DNA of 64,000 nucleotides from an uncultured Nitrososphaeraceae archaeon (GTDB taxonomy: Archaea > Thermoproteota > Nitrososphaeria > Nitrososphaerales > Nitrososphaeraceae), in contig CAWIMJ010000057.1 of assembly GCA_963837175.1 (NCBI GenBank), positions 175,842-239,841 on the forward strand, given 5' to 3'. How positions within the stretch are numbered: the stretch's first letter is position 1; each line of letters begins with the position of its first letter. A program made the translations under genes and the position numbers. Shown here one piece after another: positions 51,316 to 64,000 of this stretch. The notes under the pieces are model-generated. The model was not told the DNA's origin. It saw nothing but the letters and a program-made list of their open reading frames with translations, and made no database searches.

Positions 51316-52650
51316 TTATAAGAATCCTAAATCCAATAAAGATTTTGTGGCTGACAGCAATTTTTTCACATCATATCCATTATGAGCTTCTGATAATGCT
51401 CCCATTTTTAAGGGAAGAAAGAATATTCCATGATTAGCCATTAGGGCCAAACTGTATTTTTTTGACAATTCTCTGTTAGAGAGAGTCACATCTTTTGAAT
51501 TAGTTATGCTAGTAACTAGTTCATTTAGAAAATGAACTTGGAAGAGAGATCCGGTACCTGTTACTTGGACATTGATTTTCGCATCTGAAAAAATCTTATT
51601 AAGACCTCTTCTCACTTCGTTTCCCAGATTATCAATCTTGGGATATATGCTATCTTTATTCATTTTTAGATAATTGATAGTTGTAAGACCTGCGGTCATA
51701 GTAACTGGATTCGCCGAAAAAGTGCCTCCTCCTATAGCACAACAATATTCCTTATCCTTCATTATTGGATCTGCAAGGGCCATTATATCTTTGTCTCCAC
51801 ATACGACTCCGATAGGCAATCCTCCTCCTACGATCTTACCTAGCGTGAATATATCAGGTTCCAATTTATAAATACTTGAAGCTCCATGAATTGATAATCT
51901 GAAACCGGTTACAATTTCATCTAGGATGAATAAGTTATCATTTTTTTTTGCGAATTCCTGAAGGCCTTGTAGGAATCCATCCACAGGAGGGATACATCCG
52001 GCGCCACCAAGAACAGGTTCTACAATAATGCCGGCCAAATCATCTTTGATAGATTCAAGAATCTTCAAAGATTCTTGAAGATCGTTGAATGGTATTGCTT
52101 TTATAAACTGCTCTTCGTCTTGTATTAACCCAGATCCTTCTCGGATATCAAACGGATAGTTTACAGCGTGCATCAATGAAGTATTATAACCGTGCCATCC
52201 GCCTTCAATTTTAGCAATTATTCTTTTGCTAGTTTTTGCTCTTGCAAGGCGCACAGCATACATTGTAGCCTCAGAACCGGTAGTTGAAAAGCGAATATAC
52301 TCTGCTCTCGGCATAAGTTTTTGAATAATTTCTCCTAGATCGACACTTAACTCATTTGCCGTACCATATAGCGTACCCTTTGTGATTTGTTTCAAAAGCG
52401 ATTTGGATACTATATTTGGAGAATGACCCAGAATTAATGCCCAATGTCCCATCCAATAATCCGTATATTTATTATCATCAATGTCAACGATGGACTTACC
52501 TTTTGCCTCCTTGCTAAAGAAAGGATAAGGTTCGAAAAAGCGAATATTATGACTTACACCACGTGGAAAGACATTAGAAGATCTCAGATAGAGAGATTTT
52601 GATTTTTTAGTTTTTCTTTCATATATTTTTACATACTCATCATATTCCAT
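51316..52650 (-). CDS. Second GSA-aminomutase-like class III aminotransferase
   Basis: LILGHS, STTGSEATM, GWHG, DEIVTGFR, LGKIVGGG, GGTFSANP. Confidence 0.85.
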   Translation of the reverse strand: MEYDEYVKIYERKTKKSKSLYLRSSNVFPRGVSHNIRFFEPYPFFSKEAKGKSIVDIDDNKYTDYWMGHWALILGHSPNIVSKSLLKQITKGTLYGTANELSVDLGEIIQKLMPRAEYIRFSTTGSEATMYAVRLARAKTSKRIIAKIEGGWHGYNTSLMHAVNYPFDIREGSGLIQDEEQFIKAIPFNDLQESLKILESIKDDLAGIIVEPVLGGAGCIPPVDGFLQGLQEFAKKNDNLFILDEIVTGFRLSIHGASSIYKLEPDIFTLGKIVGGGLPIGVVCGDKDIMALADPIMKDKEYCCAIGGGTFSANPVTMTAGLTTINYLKMNKDSIYPKIDNLGNEVRRGLNKIFSDAKINVQVTGTGSLFQVHFLNELVTSITNSKDVTLSNRELSKKYSLALMANHGIFFLPLKMGALSEAHNGYDVKKLLSATKSLLDLGFL

Positions 52651-52839
52651 ATTCTAGAGTCAAGAGTTTAATTTCTTTTATTTGTTTGTTGAAATTTAAA
52701 ATTTTATATAACTAGGGAAGTATAATTAAAAAACACAGTATAATTTTCTTTGTACGAGTTCGCGATATTAGTCTGACAATGTTGATTGTCCTCGCTTTTA
52801 GGAAGATTTATATTTTAAATTTGTTGGGTGATTTTTAGA

Positions 52840-52856
52840 ACGTAACTATAAAAGGC
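52840..52856 (+). promoter_or_regulatory. Probable rRNA operon promoter (TATA box)
   Basis: CTATAAAA followed by a GC-rich tract ~190 bp before 16S. Confidence 0.5.
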
Positions 52857-53038
52857 GGCGTCGGGATGATTGTGGTCATAGTGCCATTTCGTGATTCACC
52901 GACCTCCAGTTGCGCTCATAACATGGAGATTCAATATTAAGATTATTGAATCTGACAATGGTCACATCAATACACGACCCGCACAATAACAAGTTGTCCG
53001 GCCGTACTCTTTACTTTATATAGAAAATAAATGGATTG

Positions 53039-54507
<1,469 letters not shown>

Positions 54508-54618
54508 TTGAATGAGGCCGGACTACTTTGTGTAAAGGGTTGTGATTGATGTGATGTGATCAATCAACCAAACTATGAATGATGATGATGATGATCATCA
54601 TTTATATGATCAAAATGC

Positions 54619-54659
54619 AAAGAAGTAGCGCTAAAGAAAAAGAAGTAGCGCTAAAGAAA
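54619..54659 (+). repeat. 20-bp tandem duplication in the 16S-23S spacer
   Basis: AAAGAAGTAGCGCTAAAGAA x2. Confidence 0.85.
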
Positions 54660-54901
54660 TTGATGCAATTCCTTGTTATATGACAAGGGATGAAGGATGT
54701 AGTAAGCGTAAGTTTACAATGAGCGTCATGTATAGGATCAACAACAAGAAATCACGCCACATATTATTGCTAGAAAAGATAATCTAGCAATAACGACAGA
54801 AGTTTTTAAGTGGTAAATAAATAAATAAAAAAAAGATTGCTTTACATATGTTCGCGTAATTTTTCATGACTGACTATCTGTATCTATGAAGGCGACAAAC
54901 T

Positions 54902-57865
<2,964 letters not shown>

Positions 57866-58172
57866 TAAATTAGCTGTATTATTCGAACGAATAACATATC
57901 ATGTTGTCGTTTGTTAATTCCGCAATACGTGGAATACCACATAGCTGGCTAGTCGCTAATAATGCATTAGAATACGTAAAGGATGTATGCATTCACTGAA
58001 TTCACATGTTGATTGATCCTGTGTAACTTTTTTTATTATTTAGTATGACTTGAAAATCTATCGAGTTAATATTAGTTCAAGTAGATCATGATTGGTTTTA
58101 CTGTTTTTGATATATGAGTATACGATACATTAAATTTAGGGTGATATACGTCCAGATCGAAAGCAACAGATA

Positions 58173-59266
58173 ATGGTCTATTTGGGTTCATCAAATACAA
58201 TGGCCGATAATCATTCAAGATCGGTGTCAGCACATGGTTCGGATAGATCTGGATATGCTAGAAAATCAAGGGTCATTTGTCTCTCCCATAAAGAAGATGT
58301 GGATGGCTTAGCGTCTTCTATATTGATTACGGCTGCATATAAGTCTGCGATATCGGTTATGCTAGTTGATTATGCCAATATTATTTCCAAGCTCAATCGA
58401 ATTATCGAATTAACAACAGGATTTGATGGAAGCGGTAGATCTGGAATGTTGTTTATTTGCGACCTTGGATTGAATAGAAAAGTTGAAAGAAGGTTTATAG
58501 AAAGTATCGAAAAAATCATTGCAAACGGCTACAGGGTAACATATATCGATCATCATGATCTAAGTCAAGATACATCTAAACTATTAAAAAAAATTGGGGT
58601 TAAATTGATTCACTCGATTCAGGAGTGTACAGTCGTCCAGATTTACAAGACATTTAAGAGAAGACTCGATCCCCGTGCATCATTCTTTGCTCCTCCTGGT
58701 GCTCTAACTGACTATATGGAAGATAAACCGATCGCCTCGTCTATTACGTCTAGATATGATAGACAATTTCTGATGCTTGAATCGACAGTATTGGCCTATA
58801 TGATTTCTGCAAATCAGCATGACGATGAATTCTTGTACAATTTGGTAAAAGTTTTGTCTCAGATGAAATATCCACACGAGATTGAAGGAGGCTTTTTGAT
58901 TGCTCAAAGATATGCGAAAAAGATTTCTGAGGGCGTAAAATCACTTCATGACTCTATTGTTAAGCGTAAAAATCTCGCGTATGCACATAGCAACTTGGAT
59001 CTGGCTTCTAGCATGGTAGTCAATTTTGTTTTGGGTGCGTCCGAAAAACCAGTTGCGATGGTCTTTAAATTCAGAGATGAGATTAAGTCATATGTTATCT
59101 CAATCCGTGGTTCCAAGGATTGCAAAACTCATCTAGGTAGATTAGTTAATGATGTAGCATTAGAGATTGGAGGAAGTGGAGGGGGTCATGACAAAGCATG
59201 CGGAGCGGTTGTCCTAGAGATAAACTAGAGATGTTTATCGAGCGACTAGATAGTGGGATTAAATAG
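58173..59266 (+). CDS. DHH/DHHA1 phosphoesterase (C-terminus probably extends past an indel near 59213)
   Basis: SHKEDVDG, ICDLG, YIDHH, SIRG, GGSGGGH. Confidence 0.88.
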
Positions 59267-59460
59267 TCCGTATTGTTAGTTTCGGGCAAGAAAACTATCC
59301 CTTATTGAAACATAATATGTAAAAATGATTCTGATCAGTCATTGACTACGCCTTCGATGAAGTCAAAAATCGCGGAAAGATTTAGTATATTCAAATTAGA
59401 GCAATATGATGACTACTCTACTAAACTAATGAAATCCAAGTCTTGATAGGAATGTACATT

Positions 59461-60631
59461 TTATGATTGGCCGTGACATGAGGACGAGATGGCCGAGCAT
59501 TCCTCTATCGGAGAATCCTTGTACCTTCCTATCACATTATCTAGCCGACAGAGATATAGTTGAGTTAACATCCTTTTATGAAACGATGACCATTTATAGG
59601 AGACTCCAATCCATCCAACGTGTCTGAAATATAGGAGCATAAGTACAGTTGATATTATCGTGGCCGAGAAGAGAATAAAAAAAGTGCTGTAGGGACCCAA
59701 GAAGGTCCAGGCCCCGGTTTGGTTATCACCTGGAATATGTACCATTCATCCAATAGAAGGTCCTGATTACAGTAACTGGGATGGATAACGTAAAAAGAAT
59801 CGTAAGAACGGACAAAATTTTGTTAGATTTCTCACTGCCTTAGCATGAAATCGGTGTCCTTATAGATCTCTATAGTTTCTCTTGATCCATCCAATGTTTC
59901 AAGCACCTTATCTATATGATCCTTTACATCGTAGAAATATCGTGTAAGATCTTCATTGGAAAATTGTTGAACATCCTTTGCCAATTCGCTGACGACCCTT
60001 CTTAGAGGCAACACTATTCGTCTTAAGATAGTTATCTCTCGTCTCAGAACCGAAATTTCTCTTGCTTCGGATATTTTGGCATCAAATACTGCCTCTTCAA
60101 TCTCATCCAAATTTCCTCGATCTTCATAAGAATGTGAAAAAGGTCGTCAACCAACACGTCTATTATTGTATGCAGTAAATAACCAGATGTTTTGCCCATT
60201 AGACTCTCGCGTTGCTTGGCATCTTTTGAGCAGACTTGAAACAACTCGATAAGCGGTTCTAATTCACCTTGGTGAATTGTAACTAGATAATCGGTACCGA
60301 GGAAGATGGATAATTGACTAACCTTTGGCATATTTTTTTCCTTGTCTTTGGTTGGAAAATGTAATATGATAAACATATGATCTTTGTATCTGTCAATTTT
60401 TGGGAGTTGTGTTTTCGAAAGCGAGTCTTCTAGGTTTAGATCATGAAAAGAGAAAGCTTTTTCGAGATATCCCATATCCTCACGAGTAGGCCTGGGTAAA
60501 TCTATCCATTTCAGGCCATTATTACTAATCGTATTTAGTACCCTATGGAAATTTATCTCCATTCCGAATTCTCGCTTCTTGCTTTTCCAGAATATTGAAC
60601 CCTTATATTCTATTCTTTTTTTTAGTCTCAC
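59461..60631 (-). CDS. corA: CorA Mg2+/Co2+ transporter with several indels
   Basis: KWIDL, QLPKIDRY, LVTIH, YFYDVKDH, ILSVLTILFTL, a disrupted FYGMN motif and a C-terminal TM helix across three ORFs. Confidence 0.88.
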
Positions 60632-60705
60632 CTGTATAGCGCTTAAAGGGTTTGTGGAGCCGGGATGAGGTTTCTATCTATATCAAGATGACCAAGAATT
60701 GAATA

Positions 60706-62699
60706 ATGAATAAATATGGGTTAGAAAGACTAGTATTATTGTTTAGTCATTCAAGTGGTTGTGTTTCAATTTTTACCGCCTTATTTTTTCCAGCACTCTT
60801 ATTCTCAACCACTTTATTTGTATCTGAATATTTTAATCAGAAAGCATATGCTGACGGCTTGACTCAAGAAAATCTTCCTCCTGCTACAGTTGGTAATAGA
60901 AAAGCGAGTCTCTTTGTAAAGGTGAGTCCTCCAATACTAACTACTGATACCAAAGGCAATACATATCTCCAAATGCGTCTATTTGATGCAAATACTAACG
61001 AGACTATCCAACACGTTACATACGATATTACTGTTACTAAAGGCACTGCTCAAGCGGGACCGGGAACCAAGCCAATTTTAAGGGACTTTTTTCATGCTCA
61101 CAATGGTTTATTGACTCTAAAAATAGAGCCAGTCAATACTACCGGTGGGCAAGTTACAATTAATGGCGAACGAGATCCATTTCAAAATGCATGGGTTGCC
61201 GATCCTGGTGGTACAATAAACTTAAGAGGTCCAGTCCTCAATCGAGGAGGACTATATCATATTCACATAGAAATCTTTGCGATTGATAATGATAGAAATC
61301 ATTTTCGTCCCTGATCAAGCACCAAAATTTGATTCCTACCTTAGTGTAGGAGATGTTTATCGTAACAACATCGCTGATCCTAGCAATGGTCAAAAATATA
61401 ATACTACACTCATATCTTACTATGACAAAATTAACAATTTCAAGTTTGATCCAAATACGAAGAATATAACCTGGCAGATGCCCTTTGACTGGAATTTGTC
61501 AAGAATCAGAAACAGAACATCTTTGTGCATGAAGGACTCAGGTTGCCAAAATCCTGGAAGAATTTTGTGGGCAGTGGTTTTGCAGGCTCTTTCAATGCTA
61601 CAGTTAATGGTATTCCTATAACAGGAAATCATTGGCCTTAAATCCATTCTCTTATCCAAATGCGTTGGTCCTCCATTATTTAATTAACAAGGATGAACTC
61701 ATAAAGATAGCAGAGGCAAGACAAAAACAATTACAACAACATCCAGACAACAACAACAGCCTAACAAGGAAATAATATTCGTGGAGCTGTGCTCCTACGA
61801 ATAGCTCCTCTTCCTCTGTCAATGCTAGCAATGTTCCTAATAATAATGGTCCTAATCGTACTAATAATAATAAGACATCAGCAACAACACCAACAACACC
61901 AACTACAAAGGTATCAAATACAACAACATTAACAACAACAAAGAAGACAGGAGGAGGATCTCCGTCTGCAACTGTAAACAAGACAGCATATAACAACAAC
62001 GATATTGGAGGCATTTTTAAGAATAAAGATGTCAATGTTTACGATCAGAATGTAGTCAGACCAAACTTATTCTGGTTGCCGCCAATACTAGCGGTCAATA
62101 CTAATACCAAACAATAACAATAACAATAACAATACCAGTAGTCAGCTCTATTAGTTCTCTCAATAAACAAAAAGTATCAGACGAAGGTGTGATGACATTT
62201 GCCCTAATGAGCAACACCGAATCCAATAAGAAGAAAACCCCCACATTCACCTGATCCCTCTGCTCAAACCTATTCAGATCTGGTTACTGATACAGGAGCA
62301 ATTCATGTGATCGTTACTTACCCATCATAATCCTCTTGCACCAGCAAAGGAATCAAATGTCAAAGTCCAGTTCAGCGATGCCATGACTTCAGGCCCGTTA
62401 AATGCAGATGTAAAGTATGACCTAATGATACTTGATAAAAATGGCACAACTGCAGTGGGAAAGAAAATCTTGTAGCCAAAAATGGACTGGGTACACAAAC
62501 TGTTACATTTCCTGCAAAGGATGTGTACCAGTTAGAGATAAAGATCAAGGCCTTGCAGAGAACAGGACTATCCGTACCAGATTTATCTAGAAATGGAATT
62601 GCTAGAGGATATGTCATGGTGGCAGAATTCCCATCATTTACCGGGTCCGCGCTATTGATAAGCGGTTTATTTGCGTTTGCAATTTTCTTTTACGCGTAA
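60706..62699 (+). CDS. Large surface protein with an Asn/Thr-rich linker and a PEF-CTERM-like anchor; heavily frameshifted
   Basis: Signal ending AYADGL; DFFHAHNG, GGLYHIHIEI, ISYYDKI, WQMPFDW; C-terminus GYVMVAEFPSFTGSALLISGLFAFAIFF. Confidence 0.7.
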
Positions 62700-63015
62700 A
62701 TTTAAATCCACTTATAAAATCTAGAATTCGCGAATATCCCGATTTTTTGTTGTGCCTTTGCATAAACAACAGAAATTTTAGTATTCTTTCCTGATCTTTG
62801 GATCCGGTATAAGGAATATTATGCCTTTGATGTTTTATAAGATGGGAATCTGAGAGTGGGTCCACATATAGCCTGTTCCAAAAGAGAAAATCGAATACGA
62901 ATATAGATCTCTCCAGATACGAATTACCAACTTTGATCTCTTGGTTAATGATTGTATGTTTAGCGTCCTCATGCCCTCTACCTTTATCAATGATCAACGC
63001 TACCGGTATATTCAT
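62638..63015 (-). CDS. Hypothetical protein (possibly frameshifted)
   Basis: 125-aa ORF with a protein-like N-terminus in an error-rich region. Confidence 0.35.
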   Translation of the reverse strand: MNIPVALIIDKGRGHEDAKHTIINQEIKVGNSYLERSIFVFDFLFWNRLYVDPLSDSHLIKHQRHNIPYTGSKDQERILKFLLFMQRHNKKSGYSRILDFISGFKFTRKRKLQTQINRLSIARTR

Positions 63016-64000
63016 AACGGATGATTGACTTCATCGGGATGAACGTCTTTGGCAGTATTATTTTTTGATGAAATATCTCGAAAATTATTTGAGGAGTTAC
63101 CCCAAAGTAATGTGGCTAGTTCTAAGGTAATGCTGAATATTGATTCTTTTAATATCGGTCAAAGTTATGTGACCGCGAAGATTGAAAATAGATTCGGGAT
63201 AAGATTGAGATAAATATATAAGGCGGTACAGGAGGGATAGAACTTCAGGAAACGTTATTTAACATTCCAAGATTGGAGAAGCTCCACTTCGCATATTTAC
63301 TGACTACAATCAAGGATAATGGATGCTTGTTATTGAGAAAATTGCCGATTTAGGAGTTAGAGACTGGCTCCTAGTCTATGATGATACCCTCTTTCTGTTG
63401 GCGGTCAAGGATGCCTACGATGAGCTGGAGATTCTTTAGTGTGATAATAACAAGAATTCTATCCAGTGAAAAGTAAGCCTGAGTCAGACTTCAATTTGAG
63501 ATAGTTTTTTGAATTATTATTGAATTTTTTTACTTATATCTATCTTTTGAAATTAAATATAAACAAATTTGACTGGATAGTGCATGCCTACTGTATATGT
63601 TATCGAGTCATGTTCTCCATCGGTTTGGTCGATGTAATCGTTCTTAGTATGGAATCCAATTTAAATGTGATGAATGGTAAAAGTTTATGATCAGCCGAAT
63701 AAAGTCATCACACATTTGTTCCGAGTATAGCATTGCATCGTGATAAGTCAAAAATTACTATTAGACAAGTCCAAATTCTAATTTATTATATAGTTCTTCC
63801 ATTGTATTCCAATTATCAAAAAGGATAGTATTTAATATAGTAATAATGAATATATGGGTGATCGATTGATTGAGTAGCAATAGGGACTTTCTTTCACAAC
63901 AGTTATTGTGGATAGCAATATCACTTGGAATCAGTCTTGCTATATCGCTGTTTATACCATTTCCATTTTCTTTACCAATCATCATTGCAGTATTTATATT

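Noticed and set aside
54508-54901. tRNA in the rRNA spacer
   Set aside because: No cloverleaf or T-loop motif seen; absence is normal for this lineage.
59200-63500. Cluster of pseudogenes (DHH end, corA, surface protein)
   Set aside because: Indel density rises toward the window end while motifs stay intact, which is typical of low-coverage long-read consensus.

Overview
AT-rich archaeal chromosomal segment from an ammonia-oxidising archaeon (Nitrososphaerota, most likely a soil Nitrososphaeraceae member). The assignment rests on the 16S/23S sequence, an unlinked 5S gene, a TktA-Rpe fusion, an atypical FtsZ, a DUF6659-like protein and an RHH paralogue. Most of the window is housekeeping: hemL-hemC-cobA-hemD, sufB-sufD-Rieske ferredoxin, rpl15e, a SerA-like dehydrogenase, aspA/fumC, tbp, pyrE, ard1/rimI, trm5/taw2, ABCE1, 5S rRNA, pepA, the non-oxidative pentose phosphate operon, two tandem AAA+/VWA pairs, rps13-rps4, mrp-dpck, a tfb paralogue, rpoE1-spt4, nadC/nadA/nadX, rps30e, TRAM, rpl39e-rpl31e, ftsZ, mtaB, a second hemL-like aminotransferase, 16S-23S rRNA, a DHH phosphoesterase, corA and a PEF-CTERM-like surface protein. 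Accessory elements include one bounded IS6-family element with an 8-bp target duplication, IS6 fossils, pseudogene remnants, and a ~3.2 kb apparent gene desert hiding two promoter-equipped Cys/His-rich microproteins and a SHOCT remnant that the ORF track misses. Many single-base indels break essential genes (sufB, cobA, the rps13 start, a conserved 23S loop) and become dense after ~59 kb; these look like long-read consensus errors, not biology. The best leads for new biology are the Cys-rich microprotein pair, the double AAA+/VWA cluster, a palindromic TATA element at the tbp start and a catalytically degenerate LarA-like protein. No database search was run; family calls come from recognised motifs.
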